From: the human T2T-CHM13v2.0 reference genome, Homo sapiens
DNA length: 64,000 bases
Direction: 5' to 3' (one strand)
NCBI RefSeq assembly: GCF_009914755.1
Contig: NC_060939.1
Positions 38,314-51,085 of the stretch are shown piece after piece. The first letter of the stretch is position 1, and each line of letters opens with the position of its first letter. The notes beneath the pieces are model-generated. The model did no database searches. It saw only the letters and a list, made by a program, of their open reading frames with translations, and had not been told where the DNA came from. The position numbers were made by a program, and so were the translations under genes.

Positions 38314-41300
38314 GCATAGGGGAAAGAGCAGGTAACAGGTTTACATCCCGGCGGTTCAGCCACTTTTCAGCCTCGCCAGGTTAGCAAGTCAAGATTCGCT
38401 CTAAACCAGTCTTTATGTAGCTATAAAATGGGAAGGTTACAGCTGCCTGCTTGGCAGAGACATCATGAGAATTCAATGTACATGTACAGCCCAGTGTCAG
38501 TCCCCGGCAAGTCTCAGGAAGTCATGAGTTTCATTGAGAAGTCTCATTTTTGGCCATATAAATACAAAACCACTTCTATTTGCCAATATTTGTTACCACT
38601 CTGCTCTTCGGTAATCCTCTGTCCTGCTGAGTAGTGACTCTCTTAATGAGTTCTCAGTCCATTCCTTAATTTTTTAGTCATTTCTACTTATTAAAAGAGC
38701 TTTGCTTCACTCATTAAGATCCAGTCCTGACCATTTGAGAACTTCATCCTCATATACCATTTAACCCCCACAATGGCAGGCCTGGCCTGTGGCTTGGGGG
38801 GCCTATAGTGGAGGAGGAAGTGTGGTCTACCCTCTCCTACCCCTTTTCTCTTCCCTGCCCCAACTGGGCTCCAGATGGAGGTGTGGGAGCTGAAGAGGGA
38901 AGTGAGGTACATTCAGCAGACTGCCTGTGGCTAAGCTTGCTGCCATCACTGACAACCACTACTGATGCAGCTCCGTCTCTCAAGTACGTTTGGAGGCAGG
39001 CAGGCAGGCTCCAGTAAGCCTAGCTGAAGGAGAAAACCATCCAACAGCTCCCTTCAGCTCTGGGGCTCCCTTTTGAGAGGCAGCTCCAACTCCCAGCAAA
39101 CTCTCAGTTGCCCGCTGTGAGCTCCACCCCCCTTCAGTAAGCACCCTTTTCCCCTGCATGGATTAGTCTCAGGGAAGCCCATAGCCTAACCTCATCTTTT
39201 CCTTTTAGCTTGAACTCTAGGATGGAAGTATTAGCAGGGCTCTTATTCCCCACTATGAGTAACAGATAGCTTCCAAGGGCTGTCCCTGCCTCCCTCCTCC
39301 ATGGTCCCATCTTTCCAGTGTACTCCCCACACCTCTTCTCAGTCTGCTCTGGTAGCAACAAGACATGTTGGCAAGTCCACATGCTGGGAGGACACACAAC
39401 CAGTGTGCATACCCCCAAACTCTATGAGCAACTGCTTTGAGAACACCCTTCCCAAACAGTGCCTTGCTTCAGAAACATTACTCTTCTCACCCAAAAAGGT
39501 GACCTCTCATGCTCTTCTCCAGCCCTTTGTGTGTTTTGGGAATGGGTGCATATAGGGTGGGTGCAAGGAGTTGGTAGTGTGAGTTTTTCCAAAAGGAGAA
39601 AACTCAAAAGATCCTCACCCCACACACCACACCACCACACTATACAAATATGGAAAGAGGAAGGCCAGCCAACAGGTGACAATAATGAGAGATGATACTA
39701 CCTCCCAAATTTTCATAATGAAAACCCACCCTACACCTGAGCCTTCAACCTGAGTCTTCTAACCTCCAGGTAGGTATGTCTTTGTAGATTTCACACTTAA
39801 TCAGAGAGTACTGGTTCAAAGCCTGGTATGGAGCCCTGTATCCTCTAAGGACGTGTAGAGAGATCCAAGGAGAACCTGTACTCAAACTTTCAATGTAGAT
39901 TGAGGCAAGACAAGAACCCACATAATACAAAGACCGCTATCAGAGCCCTGTCTATTCAAGGGCTCCTACTGAGCAGTAAGTACATGACAGTGATGGGCAT
40001 TTGGAGCGGAGAGAAGCCCTATGACCTGAAATAGCCAGAGGAAGCTTTCTGAAGAACTTGGAGCGTGCAAAGACCTCAAAGGAAATATTTGTCATTTAGG
40101 CTTCAGGTACAATGCTTTGCCCTGCTCATAACAATAGGTTTCTGAAAGGAGGCAGGGCAGTGGTTAGAGAAGTAAAATGTCTATGAATAGACACTAGGAT
40201 AACAACAACGTACCAGGTGCCGGGCGAAATTCTTTACAAAACTGTCTCCTCGTCTAATCCTTGCAAGCCCCCTGTGAAATAGGAATCATTTCATACCAGC
40301 CCCTTAGCTGGGGTTTGAGTCTCAGTTCCTCTACTTGCCGTCTGTATGACCTCAGTTTCCTCATCAATAATATGAGGATAATCATACTCACTCCATAAGA
40401 AGATTGTGAGGATTCAGCAAGATGATGATTCTAAATCACTTAGTACTGTACCTGGCCCCTAGAAAATATCCAAGAAATATAAGGGCTCCTCTTCTACTTC
40501 AGCACATAGAAAACACATTCTCTCACATTTCCAGGTCATCTAACAGAGTGTTAAATTTTTAACAGAGCTAACTTGGATGGGTAAATAATTGTAACAGCAA
40601 TTATCTCCCTGAGGGCAATTATTTGCCATCACCATTTGCACCCACCGAAATTATATCCACAAGAAACAGAGTCACCCATTAGCAGATAAACGTAATTAAA
40701 TTGGAAGAATGACATCCAATGGCTGACTGGATTAATAAAAGAAATTTATTCCCTAGAGGTATTTCAGAAATGCTTCTCCAAGCTGGATCTTATTTTTTAA
40801 AAGCTTGTACTCTGAATTCAAATTATGTATTAATTCTTTTCCAAAAATCAGCACACCTCCAGCCCTTATAAATACCATGTATTTCTGAGAAGCTTTGACT
40901 ACAGTGGTTTTATAAACCACACACACAGACACAAATCCTCTTGATCTTTGTATAAAACTACATATATAAAAGACATCATACTTTGTGGTAACGTCGATTC
41001 GGCAAATATTTTGACTGGATTGTATGTTTTCTGGTTTCAGAATTTTATTTCAAACAGTAGGCAAAGACCACGGTATATGTTGTCACCTCACACATTTAAA
41101 CAATTTTTTGCCCTTAAACCCTCCAAGAATAATCATATGCAGATCTGGCTCAAAATACCTTGAAAAAGTGAGTTTATAAACTATTATAATTTCTCATGAA
41201 TTCCACAACAAACTATTAATAATAAGCAGACTCCAAATTTATGGATCCTGATAAGGGATTTTTCCTTTTCCTTTTGGGACATCCGACACTCTCATTGTTC

Positions 41301-42701
41301 TTAGGAACACGGGTCTAAGTCTTCATTCCTAAATCTGTCTACTGTTGTCACTTCGAAAGCCTCAAGATAATTGGTATCCGCTAGTTACATGAATTTTTAT
41401 GCAGCTCTCCGTCTGAGATTTGGTGGCAGTCTACATTGGCATACTTCTTAGGTTCTTGAAATACTTCTGTGAGGTAGAGATAAGAAAGCCATAAAACTTT
41501 ATTTTACTACCGGAAAAAATCCCAAAGAGGAAAGGTGTCTTTCCCTGTAGCTCTTACTTTGCTCCTGTCACAAAAGAAAGTAAAACCATCTGTCCCAAGA
41601 TGGCTGCCAGAGAACTACACAAGCTGTTACTGGCCTGGAAGAGCATTTCAATCACTTCTACATTTTCATTCAGAAAAAATGAATTTTCATACAAAGTGAT
41701 TGCAGAAGTAAAAATGGGTGCATTCAATATCCACTCTGCACTTGACATGCTCTCAGAGTCTAGACCATGGCTAGCTTTGAGAATTTCAAGTTGCATTGAA
41801 ATGTGCCCTTACAGCAAATCACATTCATTAATAATCTAACCCAATTAGACTACAACTGAAATACAGCCAAATTGCTACCCTCTTCAACTCTTTGGAAGAC
41901 CATTGAATGATCTTTCTAAATATTTAACCAAAATTAAAATGTTTGGTATTAGAAAGTTTCTTGTGTTGTCTTTTTTTTTTTTTTAAATATAAGGTCATCT
42001 TTTCTAGAGACTAGTATAAATGGATCTTAGTTGTTACATAGTTGGTAGCTGTGTGTATAAATTAGCAAATGTGGTGTAGCAATGTTCTCTACTTCCCTGC
42101 CTGTATAGGCTCAGATCTGTGGACATGGCCTTATTTGCACAATTCTGCACATCCTTCTGTGGCATACTGGGTGTAGACAAAGTTCTGTTCCTTGAGTACT
42201 GATGAATATAAATTTCCTACCTGCTTTTTGCTTTTCAAAAAAAAAAAAAAAAACGTGGCTACAGAAAAGACCATACCTAGCCCTGTTCATTCACAAAGAT
42301 TTCATACTTGGTTACAATCTCAACAGTGATAATGGTTTCATTCATGATAGCACACATAAAAAAGCATGGTAATAAACCTATCAGAAATATGCACTATTTA
42401 CTTTTTTAAATAGTAAAACTATCCTAAAAAACAAAAGTAATAACTTGAAAAGTAAAGACAATTACCATATTCCTAGATCGGATAGTTAAAACCTGGAAAA
42501 ATGTGATTTCTCCCAAATGAATCTATAATTTCCATGCAATCCCCAAGAAAATCTCAATAAGAGTTTCTATGGAAATTCATGAACTGAATGCAAAATTCAA
42601 ATATAAGAGCTCAAGCATAGCCATGGTAATTCTGAAAATAAAAATAAAAATGAATGAGGATTGCCCTTCTCAAAAATCAATATATTAATAAAGCAATAGT
42701 G

Positions 42702-43264
42702 CAGTTGACCCCTGAACAACATGGCTTTGAACCGTAAGGGTCCACTTAAATGCGTTTTTTTCCAACCAAATTCCACATCAAAAATATAGTATTCTTGGGA
42801 TGCTGTATTAGCCTGTTCCCATGCTGCTAATAAAGACATGCCCTAGACTGGGTAATTTATAAAATAAAGCGCTTTAATAGACTCATAGTTCCACATGGTT
42901 GGGGAGGCCTCACAATCATGGCAGAAGGTGAATGAGAAGCAAAGTCACATCTTACATGGTGGCAGGCCAGAGAGCTTGTGTAGGGGAACTCCCATTTATA
43001 GAGACTTATTCACTACCACAAGAACAGTATGGAGAAAATCGCCCCCATGATTCAGTTATCTCCACCTGTCCCCACCCTTGACACATGGGAGTTATTACAA
43101 TTCAAGGTGAGATTTGGGTGGGAACAAAACCAAGTCACATCAGATGTGAAACCCACCCTATGGAGGGCCGACATATCCTGTAGGTTCTGTAGGGCTGACT
43201 GTAGGACTTGAGTATGTGTGGGGGTCCTGGGCCCAATCCCCCATGTAAACCAACGAACAACTAT
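42702..43264. mobile_element. MER8 (Tigger-derived MITE) split by a THE1 LTR
   Basis: cagttgacccctgaacaacatgg...gtattcttgggatg [LTR] tgaaacccac...ggagggccgac...ccaatccccc...caacta. Confidence 0.8.
42804..43142 (-). mobile_element. THE1C-like MaLR solo LTR
   Basis: tgtattag...gctgctaataaagacat...acaattcaaggtgagatttgggtggg...catca. 5-bp TSD gatgc / gatgt. Confidence 0.9.
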
Positions 43265-43275
43265 ACTTAAAACTA

Positions 43276-43564
43276 GATCCAAGCACAGTGGCTCATGCCT
43301 GTAATCCCAGCAATTTGGGGTCTGAGATGGGAGGATCAGCTTGAAGACAGGAATTCAACTCTAGCCTGGGCAACACACTGAGACCCCGTCTCTACAAAAA
43401 AAAAAAAAAAAAAAAAAAAAAATTAGCTAGGCATAGTGGTGCACACCTATAAGGCCAGCTACTCAGGAGGCTGAGGTGGGGGAATTGCTCAAGCCCAGGA
43501 GTTTAAGGCTGCAGTGAGCTATGGTCGCACCACTGCACTATAGTCTGTGTGTCAAAGCAAGACC
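43276..43564 (+). mobile_element. AluJ with central A-tract expanded to about 26 nt and no 3' polyA tail
   Basis: AluJ-type arms (gggaggatc..cttga; ggctgcagtgagctatg). Confidence 0.9.
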
Positions 43565-44285
43565 AGCATTCATACAGGACCAGAAGATAGGTCAAAGACT
43601 CAGAATAGCAACAAACACATTTATATATGTGTGTGACTTAGAATATATTAATTAAAGGGGAATATTTTAGATTGCTGGGAAAACTGACTATTCGATTAAT
43701 GGTTTGGAGAGACAACTTAGAAACAAATTTGATTCATTCCCAGTCACCAGTGAAAAATATAAATCTTACGTGATTTACATAGCTAAAAGTGTTTAGAAGC
43801 TATAAAGATTCAGGAAAAACAAGAGAATATATTCATGGTTTTGTGGTTTTCTAAAAAGACCTAAAATAAAAAAAAAAATCCATAAATAAAAAGACATAGT
43901 TTTGTTTACTTCAAAGTTAAAATATCTATATAATCTAGAACAGCATGTATAAAATCAAGAGAATATTTGATTTATAAATTACAAAAAAAAACTGTCAATA
44001 TATAAAGAATCTCTACATATCAACAAGAAAAAGTGGAACTAGAGCTACTATATCACGTATTTCAGGCTGCCACTCCCATTGTCCTCTCTGTAAATCCTAC
44101 AGAAAACCACACAAATAATACCAATGGGCACAGCACAAGAGAGGGGCCACAAATGTCCTTTAAGTATTCAAACTCACTAATAATGAAGGAAATACAAATT
44201 TTAAAGAGATAATTTTTTACCTAAAACTTTCGGTTAAAATTTTAGATTAATAATATCTCCAGTCAGGGTACAAGGCAAATGCTGG

Positions 44286-44463
44286 AGTCTTACATGGCGG
44301 CAGGCCAGAGAGCTTGTGCACGGGAGCTTCCCTTTATAAAACCATCAGATATCCTGAGACTTATTCACTACCACAAGAACAGTAAAGGGAAAACTGCCCC
44401 CATGATTCAGTTATCTCCACCTGGCCCCACCCTTGACATGTGGGAATTATTACAATTCAAGGT
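44286..44463 (-). mobile_element. Internal THE1C fragment (second copy)
   Basis: Aligns to 42950-43108. Lacks both LTR termini. Confidence 0.85.
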
Positions 44464-47400
44464 AAGAACTGTATGCTGTTGCAGTCATTCCAGAAGACAA
44501 TCTGGCAATGTCTACTAAACCTGTAAAGGCCTATGCAGTGGGATCCAGAAATCACCTCTCTCAACATCCACCCTAAATAAAGGGATGAGTGGGGATCAGG
44601 GAAGGAGGGTTACATGGAATGACAGGATTTAGGTCTTAAGGGATCCTTGGTGATCAAGGGTTGAGTTTCTGGCCACCCTGTCATCTTTCCCACATCATGA
44701 CCTGCATAGAGCACGGCTGGGCACACAGCTTCATTTCCTTCTACCTCACATTCCTGTTATCACCCCACTGCCTCCTTTAAACCCAATCCATCCTTCAATA
44801 TCCAGAACAAATATTGTAGAGAACTGTAGTACTCTCTGGGATTAGCTCATTCAGCTTGACTTTTTGCCAAAGGCTTAATACTTTGTTCACATGATAGTTT
44901 CCATGGGATGTCCTACCCACCCCAGTTATTCCAGGATGAGCATATCTAAGCATTTTTCAAATATTCCACCTGGGGTCCACAGGCACAAGCCCAGCTTGGA
45001 AGTCTTAATGCACCAACAAACTCAGTGATGAGACAGCGGTAGTCCACCGGCTCCACATTGCCACCCCACCACCACCCATTCACCGGGAGTGATAGTTTCT
45101 CACTTGATCCCACAGTTCTGTGCTCTCACTGCGCCTTGTACTCGGTGTTACTCATGTTTTGGTCCATATGTTACATTTCCTCTATTGAGTTCTATTCCTT
45201 ACAGACGATATCTATGTCTTGTTTCATTCTCTAACCCTCACAGTGCATAACACCTTATTTTTAAGGTGTTAACATAAGGTTAAATATACACATAAAGGTA
45301 CACTAAATACTCTTAATTTCATTTCTGTCCTACAGACTAGAAAGATGGATAACATAGCCAGGGGGAAGGTCTGACACCTAAGGCTATTTCTAACCACATG
45401 CATCTTCTGTCATTGACCAAATCTCTCCTAAGATTGTATGAGGAAAGCCAGAACTGAAAGTTACCTTGTTATTCCCCATCTCCCTTTAGCTTAATTCAAA
45501 TCAGCCGCTCAGACTGATAACCCTTTATGCCTAGATAAGACTTTAGAGTTCCCAAGATTTTTCTACAACCAGTTGTGTTTTTCTTGATTTTCTAACAACC
45601 CAGAGAAATCATCTGGGGCGCCAGGGGCTAAGTGACTTACCCAGTGGCCACTTGGCTAGTAAGTGGGAAAGCTGGAATTAAAATCTCAGTGCATTTTCCT
45701 CCAATATTTGAGTGTTTCCCCTCCCCATACTACTTCTGTCTTTGCAAATAAATCAGGAGTCAATTCCTCATCGGAGGTGTTAGATAGATATGAAATGGGA
45801 CCAGAATCCAGTGCCTGTTAGGGTCTACTAAGATTGCATTTTCAAGCAGGTTGAATTGCATGGGTCCAGGGAGTCAAGTAAGATTTTGTAGTCTCTGGAG
45901 CCATTTCTCCAGGGCCATCTTTCCAGGAGACAACTGTGATTTGGCCATCGGGCTAAAGTAGAGCCCTTGTATCAGGGAAGAGTGTGTCAGGCAGGAGCCT
46001 TTGGGGTTATCAGTCTTCTCTGAGCTCTGGAATGGGGAATGCATGCTTCTCAGCAGATTGGAACTTTCAACATAGGCATCTTCAGGCTGACAGACCAACC
46101 TCATTTCCTCCGACAACAAACCAAGGCTCCAGGTAGTTCAGAGATACCCTGAACTTCAGACTTGGACCCATTTATGACTGCAGCATGGGTCCTTTTGCCT
46201 CTTGATCTAGTTCCTGACTAACCCTTCCTGAGGTCCATGTTCTCCCAAGACACTCTGAATACAGCTTGATTTATGTATTTCCTCTGAACCTCTCCAGTAC
46301 AAATTCAGCAGAATGGGCCACTCTTCTTCCAGAAGAGCCACGCCAACAGTCTTTTGTCCTGGGACTCCACTGAGGCCGATTTATAAGGATTACGGTCATG
46401 TCACCTCTGAATATTCAGAACCTGGGAAGCTGTGCTCCCCTCTCCTCCAAAGATCCCTTTGGATATTGGCTAACATCTTAAATTAGGCAGGCCTGGGCTA
46501 GTGTGCCCTAACCCTACAATGTTTTCAAGTCTTCTGGGAAGAGGTTTGGGCTCTCTTCCCCAAAAGATCCTCAAGACAGACCCCCCGAGATTGCTCCTGC
46601 ACTTCCTGCCCCCACTTAGCCACAGGAAACCATAGAGCCTCCTGAAAGGCCTGAGCACCCACCGAAGTACAACAGGTGCAGACTGAGGTATGAGGCAGTT
46701 TTCACAAAATAAGCAGGACAATTTCTCATTATGCCAGATGGCAAGATCAAGTGACCTGCGGTGCAGGGAGCCACTGCTATTTTTCCTCCTACTGCCATGC
46801 CCTGAAAATGCAGATTATCCCAGAGGGCAGCTGAGAAGTAAAAATAGCAGCTGTTATTTATTGAGGCCCAATTATGTGTCAGCTACTGTCCTAAGTGTTT
46901 TAATTTATCTTCACAAACTTATGTGGCAGGTACAATTATGTCGGTTTTCCGAAAAGGAAAGAGATACTCAAAGTCCCTCCTAAGAATGGGTAGAACTGGA
47001 GTCCAAGCCCCAACCTCTGTGACTTTGCTCCCAATAGAGGGCACTGGCCTTGCATTTTCTAATCTTGGAAGAATTATATTAATAGTTGATGGTAGTGATG
47101 GGAATGGTAGGTTTTAGGGATAAAGCTCTTTTGGTTCTTCCTGGAAAACCTTCTATTGCAATATGGTGGGAACAACCAGACCCTGGAAGGGTCCATTCAC
47201 GTCATTCACACAAGCCATCAATGCTGCTCACCCTGTGGTCTCTGTTGGGTCTAGGATGACTTGTTAGTCCCAGGATGCTCATATCACGAAATGATTCAGG
47301 TTTCACAGAGACTGTGGCACCTGAGGCAGCTACGGGAGGAGCAAGCATGGCCCCTGGTTGGCTGCCCACCCTCAGGCCTCATGACACTGGCTTGCTTACA

Positions 47401-47632
47401 TCAATATCAGAGAGAAACGGTGGTGGTGGTGAGAGCAGTGTGGACACTAGAAAGAGTCAGCAACATACCACTAACAGGATGTGGCCATATCCAGGGAAAA
47501 GCCAGCTCAGAAACTGGGGGCAGACTTCTCTGGACACAGCCTGCTGCGGCACGTGCATGTTTATGTGTACGTGATGGGAAAGGGGGAAGTGGTCAGTGGT
47601 CACTGTCTCAGCAGGAGTAGCAGCAAAGGCCA

Positions 47633-47833
47633 CAGCGCTGACCAACAGAACTTCCAGTGATGGTGAAGATGCCCTAAGTGCTGCGTTCAGTCTGATAGCC
47701 ACTAGCACATGTGGTTTTTGAGCACTCAAAATGTGGCTAGTGCAACTGAAGAAGGGGATTTTTATTTCAATATTAATTTATTTAAATGTAAATGGTCACT
47801 TAAGTCTAGTGGTTATTATACTAGGTAATGCAG
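47633..47833 (+). mobile_element. MER3
   Basis: cagcgctgaccaacagaactt...tagccactagcacatgtgg...gagcactcaaaatgtggctagtgcaactga. Confidence 0.85.
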
Positions 47834-49776
47834 GCCTAGAACATTGCACTACATACCACTTGAAGAGGCTGGGAAATGTGACCCTCTCCTCCTGCAGGTT
47901 TCCTGTCAAAGGGTTGGAAAGGGTCCCTGAGGAAGTATTAGTTTGGATTCCCTAAGATATTGCAGCCATGACTCCTTTTTCTTTGTCCAGGAAAAAGAAA
48001 TATCTGCTGCAAGATTTAGAGACCAGAGTGAGGTCATTACTGTATCCTGTATGTCCCCATCACTGGGGGTCTCCAGAGCTGGCTCTCTCTTGGCCACTTT
48101 CAAGCTCTCTTCTGGGGCTCAGAGGAATTTCAGCTGCTGTCTACCATTGCTGGGCGCTCTAGGAAATTTAGACTATTTCAGGATCTCTCTGCTAAAAAAT
48201 AAAAAATATGCCATGCAGCCATTTTATGTCTATTCCTCCCATGCTAGGTGGGGTCTACAGACTTTACCAAACTCCCCAGGCTCCAATTGAGAAGACACAG
48301 GTAACAGCTACTCGTGGATTATTCCCTGTCCTACCTGGGTGTTCCATCATTAAGTTATCCTACCCTGGGAGTATGGGCACAGCTCAGGGCACCTTTTCTG
48401 AGGACCCACACTGGAGTTTACCTCCAATATCCCATCCTCTGATTCTCTTTCCTTCCCTCTCTCATCTCAGGGGATTTTCTTCTAATGGTGTTTGAGGAGG
48501 GAAAACTTCTCTGATCAAATTCTGATCAGTCATCATCCTTCAAGGCCTTGGATTTTAGTATTCAAATGCCCAAGCTTTTAAACTCTTCTCTTTACTTTTC
48601 TGGTTTACCAACCCTTTACTGAGTCAGTGGATGCCTCACAGGCTAGTGTCAATGTGAAGACGAAAAGGTAAGTAAGAAAACCACTAGAAATGAGAATGTA
48701 TTGGTTAATACTGCAGAATATTTTCATGCCACCAGAGCATGAAGATTAGAACCTGAAGCTCGAAAGGAATCTGGAGCAAGATTGAGAGAGCTTCCCATAC
48801 CAACCTCCAGATATTTTACAGCTGAGAAGGTATCCACTCACCCTCAAGAAAAGAAAAAATAGCACTGAAGGTCCCTTTCCCATGTCAAAAGCCTGGCCTC
48901 ACATTTGACCTGATTTGCAGGCTAGAGCCTGGCCTTCTTATTTTCTATAAGCACCTAACCAGGGTTGCAGTCCCCTGGTCCTCACTGCAATCAAAAGTCA
49001 GTGTTGGAGTGGCAGAGTTCAATGCCAACCGAACATCTTCAGTTCCTTCCTCCTAGTTTTCCTTTTCACAGTTGTCTCTCCCAGGATCAAAAAGAGCCAT
49101 GCCAAGTATGAGATTCAAGGGATTAGACCAACAGTGAAACCCTTCTCCTTTCCCATGCCAGGGCAAACCCCCTCTTGCTTCCAAGGACCATTTCCATTTC
49201 CTTAGGCAGCCATGCCTTATATGAGTTGAAAGGCACCTCTATGGATGAAGACTCTAAGTGAACCCAAGATGGAATGTCGTATTCTATTCCCTCTCCCAGA
49301 GAGAGAACAATGAACATTCCCTGCATGTACAGAAGGTCAGTTAGACTAAACCAGAAGAAATGATAGATCCAGATGGGCCTAGAAGTCAAAAGGCAAGCAG
49401 TGCAACATTGAGGAAATACACATTTTCCATCCCTTCTTGGGTGTGTAGCTTTTTCTAGAGGGAAAATCCATAATGAAACCAGGACATCAAGAAGATAATT
49501 TAGCAGTCATTTTTTGATAGCCAACAAGGTTCTGTCCTCAGTGGATGTGCATCAAACAGGAAGGCTGAGATTAAAAACACAGTCAACTAGGACACAATGC
49601 AGAATGGTGGCAGGTCCTTTAAAACATGCAGATAGGATGGAATCGTTATTAATATACTTTTCACACTGAGGATTCCATGAAAGCCCAAATAGAGTCTGAA
49701 ACAACTTAAATGTGTTTGATCCCTCTCCATGGCATTGTCATTTACCACTTAATTTCTGTGGCTAAAATTTGCCCTG

Positions 49777-50064
49777 GGCCAGGCGTGGTGGCTCATGCCT
49801 GTAATCCCAGCACTTTGGGAGGCTGAGGTAGGCAGACCACGAGGTCAGGAGATCAAGACCATCCTGGCCAACATGGTGAAACCCTGTCTCTACTAAAAAT
49901 ACAAAAATTAGCTGGGCATGGTGGCACACACCTGTAATCTCAGCTACTTGGGAAGCTGAGGCAGGAGAATCACTTGAACCCAGGAGGCAAAGGCTTCAGT
50001 GAGCCAAGATTGTGTCACTGCACTCCAGCCTGGATGACAGAGCGAGACTGTCTCGAAAAAAAAA
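49777..50064 (+). mobile_element. AluS (AluSc-group)
   Basis: Full dimer; cacgaggtcaggagatcaagaccatcctggccaac. Confidence 0.95.
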
Positions 50065-50871
50065 CATTGCTGTGTACAAAATCTGTAAACTCTTCATAGG
50101 GTGACTGCTCCTTTCTTGACTTTGTAGTGGAAAGGTATAAGGAATGTCATTCTGATTCCAGGATGGTGCCACATTCTCAAAGTGATGGAGGGGAAGGAGA
50201 CAGGGCAGCCAGTGCCCAGAGGAGCCATGCTTGACTCAGCACAATGCAGACCAATGGAAATTGCTGATATCTTCATTGGGGATCACATTCATTCATGCGA
50301 TGGAGCACCTTCTCCATGGCAGACTCTGCAGCTCTTCCTATATCTTTTCTCACTTATTTTTCTCATCTTGTGGTATATTACTACATCCATGCAACAGAGT
50401 AATGCTTTGGAAATACTAATGAATTTTTCTCTTTGTATTTACTTTCTTCTCTTGGCTCCATTCTCCTTTCACTCAGGCAGGCTATTTTGTGTTGGTTGCC
50501 TTGGGGAGAGAGGGTATGAAATCAGCCGTTACAGAAGTCAAGGCTCTTTGGCAACTGGAATCACTCAAGGTTGAGAGTTGGGCTCAGTAATAGGTCATGC
50601 CTCTAACTCAAAGCCATCTGCCAACTCGAAAAGTGACTCCCAGTCAGAGAAGGAGGAATTAGAAAACAATTTGAGATAGCGTAGATGGTAAGGGTGGAGA
50701 CACTTTGGAAGTGGCCCAATGCCCTGCTGCCTAGGCTGAGCCTGAGCAGGTGGAAAAAAATATCAGATTTATTTCTGAGATGTGAGGGCAAGATGACCTT
50801 GGTTTTACCTGCCAGGTAGAATGGCAGGGAGGCAGTTCATATCCAGAGAACTGGTTACAAGCTACATCATG

Positions 50872-51085
50872 CAGTGGTGTGCTGGAGACAGCAAGCTGGA
50901 GATGACTGGGACATTTCTAGGATTCTGTGAGCTGACTGTCAAATCATTGGCAGCCTGACGGCCATGGTAGAAGTGTCTACACCCTGGAAATTTCCAAATG
51001 CTTCAAATCAGGACTTCCCTGTCTCCACCTTTCTGAATGTAACTCCCTCAGAGCCTGTGGTTAAGTATTTACTAGCACACAACTG
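50872..51085. mobile_element. MER63-like hAT MITE
   Basis: Terminal inverted repeats cagtggtgtgctgg ... ctagcacacaactg. Confidence 0.7.

Larger units (their letters stand above)
42340..44580 (+). mobile_element. Fragmented old L1M hosting nested insertions
   Basis: A-rich degenerate ORF2 3' sequence (tctcccaaatgaatctataatttccatgcaatccc; gacaatctggcaatgtct). Boundaries approximate. Confidence 0.6.
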
